Assembly (NCBI GenBank): GCA_046313635.1
Contig: JBKBYA010000001.1
Coordinates: forward strand, 128,001 to 192,000
Source: Pyrinomonadaceae bacterium
GTDB taxonomy: Bacteria > Acidobacteriota > Blastocatellia > Pyrinomonadales > Pyrinomonadaceae
Direction of reading: 5' to 3'
Length of the DNA stretch: 64,000 nucleotides
The position numbers and the translations under genes are program-made. This document shows positions 44,254 through 53,472 of the stretch, piece by piece (the first letter of the stretch is position 1; every line of letters begins with the position of its first letter). A model generated the notes under the pieces. It searched no databases. It saw only the letters and a list, made by a program, of their open reading frames with translations, and was not told the DNA's origin.

Positions 44254-46709
44254 GAGTTTTGAAGTTTGGCGGCTCGTCCGTAGGCTCGGCCGATAGCATC
44301 CGAAAGGTCGCCGAGATCGTTGCCCGCGCGGCTGCCGACAGCCGATGCGCGGTCGTCGTCTCGGCGATGCAGGGCACGACCGACCGGCTCATCGACGCCG
44401 GCCGCGCGGCCGAGAGGGGCGAGGATTTTCGCCCGGCGATCGACGAGGTCCGCAGCAAGCATCTCAAGGCGATCCGATCTCTACTCGGCGATAAGTTGGC
44501 CGACGAACTACGGGCATTCGCCGCCGCGTCACTGAGCGAGCTCGAAAATATCTGCGAAGGAGTTCGTCTCGTTGGCGAGCTGTCGTCGCGCACGCTCGAC
44601 CGCATCCTCAGCATCGGCGAGCTGCTGTCGAGCCGGATGCTTTCGGCATATCTTGCGGCCCAGGGCGTCGACAATGAGTGGAAGGACAGCCGCGAGCTGA
44701 TCTCGACGGACTCTACTTTTGGTTTTGCCGCGGTCGACTTTGCTCGGACAAACCAAGCCGTCGAGAGTTTTTTTGGCTCGAGCACGTCTCGCGTCGTCAT
44801 CCTCCCGGGCTTTATCGCCTCTGACGCGAGCGGAGCGACGACGACGCTCGGCCGAGGCGGTTCTGATTACACGGCGGCGATCGTCGCGGCGGCCGTCGAT
44901 GCGCGAGTGCTCGAGATCTGGACCGACGTGTCGGGAATGATGACGGCCGATCCGCGCTTTGTCCGCGGCGTGCGGCAGATCTCGCACATCACCTATCGCG
45001 AAGCGATGGAACTGTCGCACTTCGGAGCGAAGGTGATCTACCCGCCGACGATCCAGCCGGTGATGAAAAAGGGCATTCCCGTGCTTGTAAAAAACACCTT
45101 CGAGCCCGACGACCACGGCACGCTTATCGAAGCGGAGACCGATGCCGGCGGCGAGATCATTCGCGGCATCACGAGCATCGACCGCATCGCCGTCGTCAAC
45201 CTCGAAGGCAGCGGCATGGTAGGCATTCCCGGATTTTCACGTCGTCTGTTTGACGCGCTTTCGCGAGAGCAGATCAACGTCATTCTCATTACGCAGAGCT
45301 CGTCCGAGCACTCGATCTGCGCGGCGATAGACGAGAACTCGGCTTCGCTCGCAAAGACGGTCGTCGATCGCGAGTTTGAGAACGAGATCGCGGTCGGCAA
45401 GATCGACCCGCTGCGCGTCGAGACGGGCTTTTCGATCCTCGCGCTCGTCGGCGACCGGATGCGCGAACACACGGGCGTGAGCGGCCGTATGTTTTCGGCG
45501 CTCGGGCAGAACGGCATCAACATCCACGCGATCGCTCAAGGCTCGTCAGAACGAAACATCTCGACGATCGTCGCAACACGCGACGTGCGAAAGGCGGTCA
45601 ACACGCTGCACGAGGAATTTTTTTCGGACGGCAGCAAGCAGGTCAATCTTTTTGTCGCCGGCGTCGGAACGGTCGGCAGCCGGCTGCTCGAGCAGCTTCG
45701 CCGGCAGCACGATCACTTGATCGAGAGCCTGCGACTGAACGTCCGCGTCGTCGGTCTCGCAAACAGCAGACAGTTTGTTGTAGACGAGGAAGGCATCGAC
45801 CTCGCGGACTGGAAGACGACGTTGACCCAAAGGTCAGAACCACCTGCGCCAGCGGGCGGGTCGAACGTTGAGTTTGCGCGGCTCATCGTCGAAAAGAACC
45901 TCCGCAATTCCGTCTTCGTCGATGCGACCGCGAGCGGCGACATCGTGCAGATCTACCCGCGGCTTCTCGAGCGCAGCGTCTCGGTCGTCGCGTGCAACAA
46001 GGTCGCGTGCTCGTCCGACTACGAGACATACTCGCGACTGAAGGATCTCGCCCGCGAGTACAACACCAACTTTCTCTTTGAGACCAACGTCGGCGCCGGC
46101 CTGCCGGTGATAGGCACGCTCAACGATCTCATCCGCAGCGGCGACCGCGTGCACCGCATCGAGGCCGTCTTGTCGGGCACCTTGAATTTCGTCTTTAACA
46201 ACTACGACGGCTCGCGCGAGTTTGCCGACGTCGTCCGCCAGGCGCAGGCGGAGGGCTACACCGAGCCTGACCCGCGGCTCGATCTTTCGGGGACCGACGT
46301 CGCTCGCAAGATACTGATCCTCGCCCGCGAAGCCGGACATCCGCTCGAGATGAGCGACATCGAGATCGCGCCCTTTCTGCCGGCCGCGTGCTTTGAGGGA
46401 AGTGTCGAAGATTTTTATTTGGAGATGTCGCGGCACGAGAAGCATTTCCGCTCGATGCTCGACGCCGCAGCTGCCGAAGGGAAAAAGCTCAAATACATCG
46501 CGACCTTCGACAACGGCCGCGCGTCTGTCGGGCTGCAGAGCATCTCTGCGGATCACAACTTTGCAAACCTCTCGGGCAAGGACAACGCCGTTCTCTTTTA
46601 CACCGATCGCTACTCGGACCAACCGCTCGTCATCAAAGGCGCCGGAGCCGGAGCGGACGTGACGGCCGCCGGCGTCTTCGCCGACATCATCCGCGCCGCT
46701 CGTCAATGA
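44250..46709 (+). CDS. thrA: Bifunctional aspartokinase / homoserine dehydrogenase I
   Basis: VLKFGGSS, LGRGGSDY, two ACT domains, G.G.VG, FETNVGAGLP, GYTEPDPR.DLSG, GAGAG..VTA. Confidence 0.96.
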   Translation: MRVLKFGGSSVGSADSIRKVAEIVARAAADSRCAVVVSAMQGTTDRLIDAGRAAERGEDFRPAIDEVRSKHLKAIRSLLGDKLADELRAFAAASLSELENICEGVRLVGELSSRTLDRILSIGELLSSRMLSAYLAAQGVDNEWKDSRELISTDSTFGFAAVDFARTNQAVESFFGSSTSRVVILPGFIASDASGATTTLGRGGSDYTAAIVAAAVDARVLEIWTDVSGMMTADPRFVRGVRQISHITYREAMELSHFGAKVIYPPTIQPVMKKGIPVLVKNTFEPDDHGTLIEAETDAGGEIIRGITSIDRIAVVNLEGSGMVGIPGFSRRLFDALSREQINVILITQSSSEHSICAAIDENSASLAKTVVDREFENEIAVGKIDPLRVETGFSILALVGDRMREHTGVSGRMFSALGQNGINIHAIAQGSSERNISTIVATRDVRKAVNTLHEEFFSDGSKQVNLFVAGVGTVGSRLLEQLRRQHDHLIESLRLNVRVVGLANSRQFVVDEEGIDLADWKTTLTQRSEPPAPAGGSNVEFARLIVEKNLRNSVFVDATASGDIVQIYPRLLERSVSVVACNKVACSSDYETYSRLKDLAREYNTNFLFETNVGAGLPVIGTLNDLIRSGDRVHRIEAVLSGTLNFVFNNYDGSREFADVVRQAQAEGYTEPDPRLDLSGTDVARKILILAREAGHPLEMSDIEIAPFLPAACFEGSVEDFYLEMSRHEKHFRSMLDAAAAEGKKLKYIATFDNGRASVGLQSISADHNFANLSGKDNAVLFYTDRYSDQPLVIKGAGAGADVTAAGVFADIIRAARQ
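45833..45859 (+). repeat. Half copy of the 49321-49423 REP-like arm, in frame in thrA
   Basis: GTCAGAACCACCTGCGCCAGCGGGCGG matches the arm at 23/27 positions; encodes SEPPAPAGG. Confidence 0.75.
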
Positions 46710-47060
46710 TCATGCAAGGCGCCGGTTAAAGCCGTTAAGCATCTTCTTTACCTCGACGATCTCTTCCGACACGTGAGCATGTTGGTCGGGGCCGATGAAT
46801 TTTAGATCGTGTGCCATCAGCGCGTAGTACTCGAGCCGGTTAGCCAAAGCCAACGCGGCTCCGATAGATCGTGAGAATTCGGCATCGCTCGGCTTACCGC
46901 ATCCCTCGGCAATCAACGCCGGGATGTCGACGCTCGTCTTACGCAAAGAATTTCGCAATCCAAAGAGCTCGTCGCGGGGAAAGTTCGTTGTTACTCGATA
47001 GATCAATAGAGCCAACTCGTGAGCACGTCGCCAAACAGTCAAATTCCTAAAGTCCTGCAT
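46710..47060 (-). CDS. Four-helix-bundle protein (23S rRNA IVP / Avd-like family)
   Basis: MQDFRNLTVWRRAH.L...IY..T..FP.DE.FGL...LR....IP..IAEG. Confidence 0.88.
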   Translation of the reverse strand: MQDFRNLTVWRRAHELALLIYRVTTNFPRDELFGLRNSLRKTSVDIPALIAEGCGKPSDAEFSRSIGAALALANRLEYYALMAHDLKFIGPDQHAHVSEEIVEVKKMLNGFNRRLA

Positions 47061-47066
47061 AGAAAA

Positions 47067-47102
47067 TTAGCTGTCAGCTAATAGCTATTAGCTGACAGCT
47101 AA
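47067..47102. repeat. Perfect 36-bp palindrome with 7-nt periodicity
   Basis: TTAGCTGTCAGCTAATAG|CTATTAGCTGACAGCTAA; AGCT every 7 nt. Confidence 0.95.
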
Positions 47103-47123
47103 ACTGTACCGTGCCTGTCAATC

Positions 47124-47822
47124 TCAGTTGAGATCAAACAACAAAAACTCCGAGTTGTCATCCGCGGCCTTGATCGTCAGCTGTGTTTCATTGCTGATCG
47201 CCGCTCCGTCGCCGGCGTTGAGCTTCTCGCCGTTGACTTCGACTGAGCCGCTGATTAGCTGGATCCAGGCGTGACGGCCTTCGGCGAGCTGGTACGAGAC
47301 CGATTCGCCGTTAGCGAGGATCGAGGCATACAGCTTTACGTCCTGATTGATGTGCACCGAGCCGTCGCCGCCGCCGCGCGAGGCGACGAGGCAGAGCTTG
47401 CCGCGTTTTTCTTCCGGCGAAAAAACCTTTTGCTCGTACGACGGCTGCAGGTTGTCTTTCTCCGGCAAGATCCAGATCTGCAGCAGGTGCGTCCTGTCGG
47501 TCGGCGAGCTGTACTCGCTGTGCAGAACGCCGGTGCCGGCGGTCATTCGCTGCACCTCGTGCGGATGGATCGTCTCGCCGTTGCCCATCGAATCGCGGTG
47601 CGACAATTCGCCCGAGATCACGTAGGTGACGATCTCCATATCGCGATGCCCGTGCGTCGGGAAGCCCTGATCAGGCGCGATGAAGTCCTCGTTGATGACC
47701 CGCAGATCGCGGAATCCCATAAATCGCGGATCGTAATAATCGCTGAATGAAAAAGTGTATCTGGTATCGAGCCAGCCGTAATTCGCCTTACCTCGGTCGT
47801 CTGATCTTCGGATCGTGATCAT
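47124..47822 (-). CDS. Pirin-family protein (YhhW-like)
   Basis: GWL...TFSF..YYDP..MGF..LRVINED, F.THGHRDMEI, HRDSMGN, MTAGTGV.HSE, LQIWI. Confidence 0.94.
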   Translation of the reverse strand: MITIRRSDDRGKANYGWLDTRYTFSFSDYYDPRFMGFRDLRVINEDFIAPDQGFPTHGHRDMEIVTYVISGELSHRDSMGNGETIHPHEVQRMTAGTGVLHSEYSSPTDRTHLLQIWILPEKDNLQPSYEQKVFSPEEKRGKLCLVASRGGGDGSVHINQDVKLYASILANGESVSYQLAEGRHAWIQLISGSVEVNGEKLNAGDGAAISNETQLTIKAADDNSEFLLFDLN

Positions 47823-47840
47823 CGTCTTCTCCTTGTCTTG

Positions 47841-47891
47841 CTCTGCGTCTTTGCGTCTCTGCGGGAGAAATTTCCCGCAAAGTCGCAGAGC
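47841..47891. repeat. REP-like hairpin family, copy 2
   Basis: ctctgcgtctttgcgtctctgcgggagaaatttcccgcaaagtcgcagag. Confidence 0.9.
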
Positions 47892-47975
47892 ATTCATCTG
47901 AGAATTAGATTACAGCGCGGCCGACGGGTTGTAATCACCATTCGCGGTGGCGGGCAGATAGTACTTTTGGGTGAC

Positions 47976-48602
47976 TTACTTTTTGCAGGCGATCATCAAT
48001 CCGTCTCGGATCGGAAGGAGCACATTCGTCACGCGTTCGTCGGCGAGGACCATTTCGCTGTATTCGTGCAGGGCCTGCGTGTTCTCGTCCTTCTCATCCT
48101 CCAGCACCTTGCCGCTCCAGAGGACGTTGTCGGCGATGATGAAGCCGCCGCGGCGGACCTTGTCGAAGACGAGGTTGTAGTAGTTAGAGTAGTTCGGCTT
48201 GTCGGCGTCGATAAAGACAAGATCGATCGTCTCGTCGAGAGACGGAATGATCTCGGTCGCATCGCCGAGGCGAAAGTCGATGCGGTCCGCGTACTCGCTG
48301 CGTGCGGCGAATGAGCGTGCGATCTCGTTAGTCTCTTTGTCGACGTCGAGCGTGATCACGCGGCCGCCGTCGGCGAGGCCTTCGGCAAAACACAGCGCCG
48401 AATAGCCTAGGTATGTGCCGATCTCGAGCACGACGCGCGGGCGGATCATCTTCGAGAGCATCGATAGAACCCGGCCCTGAAAAAATCCCGAGAGCATCGA
48501 CGAATCGTTTCTATTCGCCTCGCACTCGCGGCGCAGCTCGGCGAGCAGAGGCGATTCGTCAGAAGTGAATTGCTCGGCGTATCTGATCCAATCTTCATTC
48601 AT
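47976..48602 (-). CDS. O-methyltransferase (CCoAOMT/COMT-like)
   Basis: LEIGTYLGYS, DLVFIDADK.NY, ADNVLWSG, LPIRDGL. Confidence 0.92.
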   Translation of the reverse strand: MNEDWIRYAEQFTSDESPLLAELRRECEANRNDSSMLSGFFQGRVLSMLSKMIRPRVVLEIGTYLGYSALCFAEGLADGGRVITLDVDKETNEIARSFAARSEYADRIDFRLGDATEIIPSLDETIDLVFIDADKPNYSNYYNLVFDKVRRGGFIIADNVLWSGKVLEDEKDENTQALHEYSEMVLADERVTNVLLPIRDGLMIACKK

Positions 48603-48622
48603 ACATAGATCGATGTCGCAAG

Positions 48623-48682
48623 CTCTTTGCGGCCTTTGCGGGAGATAAAACCCGTTTCCCGCAAAGACGCAAAGAGGCAAAG
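48623..48682. repeat. REP-like hairpin family, copy 3
   Basis: ctctttgcggcctttgcgggaga...tttcccgcaaagacgcaaagaggcaaag. Confidence 0.9.
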
Positions 48683-48697
48683 AAGAAAAGAGTCTTG

Positions 48698-49318
48698 CTA
48701 TAGATCGACCCGCACCAGCCCGCGTTTGATCGCCGTCGTCGCGGCTGACGTGCGGTCGGAGACGCCGATCTTTTCAAAGATATTCTTGACGTGCGTCTTG
48801 ACCGTATTCTCCGAGATGTCGAGGGCGAAGCCGATCTCTTTGTTCGACATCCCGCCTACGATCATTCGCAGAACGGTCTGCTCGGCGGGCGTGAGCTCTT
48901 CTTGATGAATGTTCTCGCTGAGCAAGCGAGCGATGTCGTCGGGAATAAACTTTTTGCCCGCGGCGACGGTCCGTACCGCCTTGATCAGATCTTCGGGCGT
49001 GACGTCCTTGCAGATGTAGCCGGCCGCACCTTTCTTTAATGCACGAGAGATCTCGGCGTCGCCGGCGTGCTCGGCGAGCACGATGACGCGCGCCTTTGGC
49101 CGCTCGATAAAGTAGTTGTCGAGATCGTCGATGGCGCACGAGTCGGGAAACCGCAGGCCGAGGATCGTCACGTCGGGGTTGATCTGCTTGAAAAGATCGA
49201 AACCGTCGGCCGCATCGTCTGCCTCGCCGGCGAGTTCGATGTCCGATTCGCGCTCGATCACTGCCCGCACGCCGAGACGAGTGAGCGGCTGATTTTCGAT
49301 CAATAAAAGTCGGATCAT
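48698..49318 (-). CDS. NarL/LuxR-family response regulator with an atypical receiver
   Basis: REC + HTH (LT..E..VL....GMSNKEI..L.ISE.TVKTH); phosphoacceptor position reads TILGLRFP. Confidence 0.9.
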   Translation of the reverse strand: MIRLLLIENQPLTRLGVRAVIERESDIELAGEADDAADGFDLFKQINPDVTILGLRFPDSCAIDDLDNYFIERPKARVIVLAEHAGDAEISRALKKGAAGYICKDVTPEDLIKAVRTVAAGKKFIPDDIARLLSENIHQEELTPAEQTVLRMIVGGMSNKEIGFALDISENTVKTHVKNIFEKIGVSDRTSAATTAIKRGLVRVDL

Positions 49319-49320
49319 AC

Positions 49321-49423
49321 AGTCAGAACCACGTGCGGTAGCGGGTGGTCTATCGCGGCACCTGTGTCAACGCGGAGTTGACCGTCCAACTTCAACCACT
49401 CGCTACCGCAGGTGGTTCTGACT
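49321..49423. repeat. REP-like inverted-repeat element, 29-bp arms
   Basis: AGTCAGAACCACGTGCGGTAGCGGGTGGT ... ACCACTCGCTACCGCAGGTGGTTCTGACT (27/29 complementary). Confidence 0.92.
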
Positions 49424-50236
49424 TAGCTCAGCAGTAAATTCTACGATCGGGCGGATCAGGTCGGTGTCGTAGTTTGTCTTTACGTGCTGCATCACGGCGG
49501 TCATTCGCTCGAGGCCCATTCCGGTATCGACCGAGGGTGCGGGCAGCGGCGTCAGGGTGAATGTGCCGTCGTCGTTCTGCGTGCGGTTGTACTGCATAAA
49601 GACGAGATTCCAGATCTCCATCGTCGTGTCGCCGGGGCCGTTGACCCAGTGCGGCGAATTCTTTTCGGGGTCGGCCGGATCGTCGCCCATGTAGTAATGG
49701 ATCTCGCTGCACGGACCGCACGGGCCGGTGTCGCCCATCTGCCAGAAATTATCTTTGCGTCCAAAGCCGAGAATGCGTTCGGGCCGCGCGCCGACCTTTT
49801 CCCAGAGCGCGCGGGCCTCGTCGTCGGGCCCGACCTCGTCGTCGCCCTCGAAGACCGAGAACCACAGCCGCTCGGGATCGAGCTTGAATTCATTCACGAG
49901 CAGGTCCCAGGCAAAGCGGATCGCGTCCTCCTTAAAGTAATCGCCGAATGAAAAGTTGCCGAGCATCTCAAAAAACGTGTGATGCCGCGCCGTCTTGCCG
50001 ACCTCGTCGAGGTCGTTGTGCTTGCCGCCCGCACGTATGCACTTCTGCGACGTGACGGCCCGCGTGTATTCGCGCCGCTCGTTGCCGAGAAAGACGTCCT
50101 TGAACTGGTTCATTCCCGCGTTGGTAAAGAGCAGCGTCGGGTCGTTCGCCGGCAAAAGCGGCGACGAATGCACGACCTTGTGGCCATGGCGCTCGAAATA
50201 CTCGAGGAATTTCTGCCTGATCTCGTTTCCGGTCAT
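49403..50236 (-). pseudogene. alaS: Alanyl-tRNA synthetase, N-terminal catalytic fragment only (~277 aa)
   Basis: [59 protein letters not shown]; stop lies inside the repeat and no 3' part follows. Confidence 0.85.
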
Positions 50237-50355
50237 AAGCAAAAATTCTAGCACAGGCCAAAGCTCTCGACCGGCGGCGCAAAAAAGGCCGGCCCTCGCG
50301 CGAGTGCCGGCAAATTTCGGGGGAGACGGAACGTCTGCCGAATTAAAAAGTCCGA

Positions 50356-50958
50356 TTAACGTTTGAATTTCAGAGCCGCCGAATTTATGCAGTAGCGCAG
50401 ACCGGTCGGCTCCGGTCCGTCGTCAAATACGTGACCGAGATGGCCGCCGCAGCGAGCGCACAAAACCTCGGTCCGCGGCTCGCCGGGAAGGCTGTTGTCC
50501 GGATGCTCGATAACGTTCTTTTTGTAGATCGGCTCGTAGAAGCTCGGCCATCCGGTGCCGGATTCGAATTTGGCTTTAGAGCGAAACAGGGCCAGTCCGC
50601 ATGCCGCGCAGTAATAGACGCCGCGTTGATGATTGTTGGTGAGTTTACCGGTGTAGGCCCGTTCGGTTCCTTTCTGCCGCAGAATATAGAACTGCGCCGG
50701 CGTCAGCAGTTTTTTCCATTCTGCGTCGCTCCTTTCGATTTTGGCGCCGTCAAACTCGATCAGGTCGTACACGCCAAGGCCGGCCGTGTCGGCGGGCGAT
50801 CTTACGTCTGCCTTTCGAGACGGGGTAGCCGCGGCCAACGGAGCGACGAGATCGGCCGCGACCGCCGGCGTGCCGCGCGGCGAACCCCAAAAGACAAAAG
50901 AAAAGACAAAAGCGACGATCGAAAAAAATGCGACGCTCGCTAACAAGATGATTCTCAT
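50356..50958 (-). CDS. msrB: Peptide-methionine (R)-S-oxide reductase with an N-terminal export/TM segment
   Basis: [46 protein letters not shown]. Confidence 0.95.
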   Translation of the reverse strand: MRIILLASVAFFSIVAFVFSFVFWGSPRGTPAVAADLVAPLAAATPSRKADVRSPADTAGLGVYDLIEFDGAKIERSDAEWKKLLTPAQFYILRQKGTERAYTGKLTNNHQRGVYYCAACGLALFRSKAKFESGTGWPSFYEPIYKKNVIEHPDNSLPGEPRTEVLCARCGGHLGHVFDDGPEPTGLRYCINSAALKFKR

Positions 50959-51162
50959 AACAAACCTTGATCGGCCGCCGTTTATGCCGAATAGAATATC
51001 GAGGCGGCCGCACAGTCTGTGTCTGAAGCCCAACCGTGGACTACGACGGCTCAAAATTGTCGATATTGTCGATCGACCCGCTCTGAGCGCGTAATCACGG
51101 CTGGGCGGCTGACACGACCCTCTCGGACACTGGCAAAGCCCGCCGGCAAAGGATCGTCGTCG

Positions 51163-51738
51163 TTAATTCGGCAGCATGACCGCGTCGACGACGTGGATCA
51201 CTCCGTTTGACTGTTTGACATCGGCGATCGTGACTCGCGACATACCACCCTTTTCATCGGTGAGCACGAGCGAGCGGCCCTGCATCCGTGCCTTAAGTGT
51301 GCCGCCTGAAACGGTCTTGAACGTCGCCGTTCCGTTGCCCTTCTTGATCGCTTTCATTATGTCCTTCGAGCTGAAATTGCCGGGGACGACGTGGTAGGTA
51401 AGTATCTTTACCAGCATCGCTTTATTTTCCGGCTTGAGAAGCGTATCGACCGTACCCGCCGGCAAAGCGTCGAAGGCGCTGTTGACCGGTGCAAAGACGG
51501 TAAAAGGGCCTTTGCCCGAGAGCGTCTCGACCAGGCCGGCCGCCTTCACAGCGGCGACGAGCGTCGTGTGATCGGCCGAGTTGACGGCGTTCTCGACAAT
51601 GTTTTTGGTCCGGTACATCGGAGCGCCGCCGACCATCGGATTATTGTTGCTGCCCATCGACTGGGCCGAAACGGACGAGACGCCTGCGACGACAGCCATG
51701 ATCGCGGCCGCGAATGTAGTTGCAAATAATTTCTTCAT
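51163..51738 (-). CDS. Fasciclin (FAS1) domain secreted protein
   Basis: Signal peptide; TLVAAVKAAGL, GPFTVFAP.N.AF, ILTYHVV, SNGVIHVVD. Confidence 0.94.
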   Translation of the reverse strand: MKKLFATTFAAAIMAVVAGVSSVSAQSMGSNNNPMVGGAPMYRTKNIVENAVNSADHTTLVAAVKAAGLVETLSGKGPFTVFAPVNSAFDALPAGTVDTLLKPENKAMLVKILTYHVVPGNFSSKDIMKAIKKGNGTATFKTVSGGTLKARMQGRSLVLTDEKGGMSRVTIADVKQSNGVIHVVDAVMLPN

Positions 51739-51845
51739 AACACCTCTCAAGCTAGTTTGGATTCTTAAGGACACTGGTCCTGTTGATATTTATTTCGCGG
51801 TGGCAGTTGAAGTAGATTCAGATCTTCTCCGGTGAGACGATCCGG

Positions 51846-52409
51846 CTACAGGGCGTCTCCCTCCGCGCCGTCGGGCCGGATATTTGCGATCTCGCGCATT
51901 CGCGTGCCGACGAGATCGTATGAGAAGCCCTGCCGCAGCAGGTGGTCGTAAAACCTTTTTACGTCCTCGCGCGTCTCGGGCCGGCCCTTGAGACGGAGGC
52001 GCTTTTTGATCGCCTTATCGATCAGCTCGCTCTCGGGCATCTTTTCGAATGCGGCGTCGATGGCCTCCGAGACCGTTTCTTTGTCGAGCTTTTTTTGCGA
52101 CATCGTTTGCTGCAGGCGGCGGCGGCCCTGCGGCTTTTGCCTGAGCTTAGAGATGGCGAGGTCGCCGGCGTACTGCCTGTCGTCGAGATAGCCATAGTCG
52201 CTCAGCTTTTGGATCACGGCGTCGACGATCTCGGCGTTGGTCCACGATCTCTCGAGCAGACGCTCGCGCAGTTCACGCGTCGAACGCGGCTTTGCGGCGA
52301 GCAGTTTTACCGCGCGGTTCATCGTCCGCTCGCGCGACTTTGCCGGGTCTTTGATCTCGCGCGACTCGATCTCGTCGGGGCCTGGCTGCCTTTGTCTCTT
52401 TCGGAACAC
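51846..52409 (-). CDS. recX: Regulatory protein RecX
   Basis: AVKLLA.KPRS..EL...L, L..YGYLDD..YA, G..RL.Q....K, L.RQGF; start uncertain (GTG 52409 or TTG 52430). Confidence 0.88.
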   Translation of the reverse strand: MFRKRQRQPGPDEIESREIKDPAKSRERTMNRAVKLLAAKPRSTRELRERLLERSWTNAEIVDAVIQKLSDYGYLDDRQYAGDLAISKLRQKPQGRRRLQQTMSQKKLDKETVSEAIDAAFEKMPESELIDKAIKKRLRLKGRPETREDVKRFYDHLLRQGFSYDLVGTRMREIANIRPDGAEGDAL

Positions 52410-52445
52410 TTGAGAAATTATAACCTCCAAAGAGAAAGATGTTCT

Positions 52446-52523
52446 GCCGCGGATTCACGCGGATCGCGCGGATATTAATCGTTCCGTCCCTTTCCGATCC
52501 GCGTCACCGGCGTCTATCCGCGG
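52446..52523. repeat. 9-nt-periodic inverted repeat (CGCGGAT arms)
   Basis: GCCGCGGATTCACGCGGATCGCGCGGAT ... ATCCGCGTCACCGGCGTCTATCCGCGGC. Confidence 0.85.
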
Positions 52524-52597
52524 CAAGTACATTCCTGCCTTTCGGAAAAATTCATTGAATCTCGCCGCGCCGAGACGCTAAGGTAAAAGTACGAACT

Positions 52598-53380
52598 ATG
52601 CTGTCTGAACAGATCAGGCTGCACGAGAATTTTGCCTCGGCGCATCTCGAGCACCCGCGAAACATACTCGTGTACACGCCGCCCGGCTACGCCGCCGATG
52701 CCGCACGCCGCTATCCGGTGCTCTATATGCACGACGGCCAAAATCTCGTGCGGCCCGAGGACGCATTCGGCGGCATCGTGTGGGCCGTCGACGAGAAAGC
52801 GCAGGCGCGGATCATGGCGGGCGAGGTCGAGCCGCTGATCATCGTCGGCATCTACAACACGCCGCACCGAGTCGACGAATACACGCACGTCAAGGCCGAA
52901 CGCGGGAAGATGCGCGGACACGGCGGCCGGGCCGACAGATACGGCCGTATGATCATCGAGGAGCTGAAGCCATTCATCGACGCCGAGTACCGCACTCGTC
53001 CCGAACGCGAATTCACAGGTCTCGGCGGCTCGTCGCTCGGCGGTCTGGTCTCGCTCTATCTCGGGCTCAAGCACCCGGACGTTTTCAGCCGGCTCGCGGT
53101 GATGTCGCCGTCGGCTTGGTGGGCAAACAACCAGATCATCCGCGACGCCGCGCGCATCGGCGAGCGTCTGCCGCTGCGGATCTGGCTCGACATCGGTAAA
53201 AAAGAAGGCTCGCGCATCAAGCACCAGGTGCGCGCGCTCAGAGAGATACTGCTCGCCAATGGCTGGCAGCTCGGCGCCGACCTCGCGTATTTCGAGATAC
53301 CCGGGGCGCGGCACGAGGAGTCTGCCTGGGCCGCACGCTTTGGCGAGGTGCTGAAGTTTTTGTATCCGGTGATCGGTTGA
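52598..53380 (+). CDS. Esterase, alpha/beta hydrolase (IroE-like)
   Basis: RYPVLYMHDGQN, ELKPFID..YRT, GSSLGG, H.E.AW..R. Confidence 0.88.
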   Translation: MLSEQIRLHENFASAHLEHPRNILVYTPPGYAADAARRYPVLYMHDGQNLVRPEDAFGGIVWAVDEKAQARIMAGEVEPLIIVGIYNTPHRVDEYTHVKAERGKMRGHGGRADRYGRMIIEELKPFIDAEYRTRPEREFTGLGGSSLGGLVSLYLGLKHPDVFSRLAVMSPSAWWANNQIIRDAARIGERLPLRIWLDIGKKEGSRIKHQVRALREILLANGWQLGADLAYFEIPGARHEESAWAARFGEVLKFLYPVIG

Positions 53381-53384
53381 ACTG

Positions 53385-53458
53385 CCTTTGCGGCTCTTGA
53401 GCCTCTGCGGGAGAAAGATCTGCTTCCCGCAAAGACGCAAAGGCGCAAAGAAGCAAAG
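53385..53458. repeat. REP-like hairpin family, copy 4
   Basis: cctttgcggctcttgagcctctgcgggaga...ttcccgcaaagacgcaaaggcgcaaag. Confidence 0.9.
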
Positions 53459-53472
53459 ACGATCGAAATGAG

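Noticed and set aside
46710..47060. Avd-like gene as part of a diversity-generating retroelement or an rRNA intervening sequence
   Set aside because: No reverse transcriptase, no adenine-specific TR/VR pair and no rRNA sequence in the window
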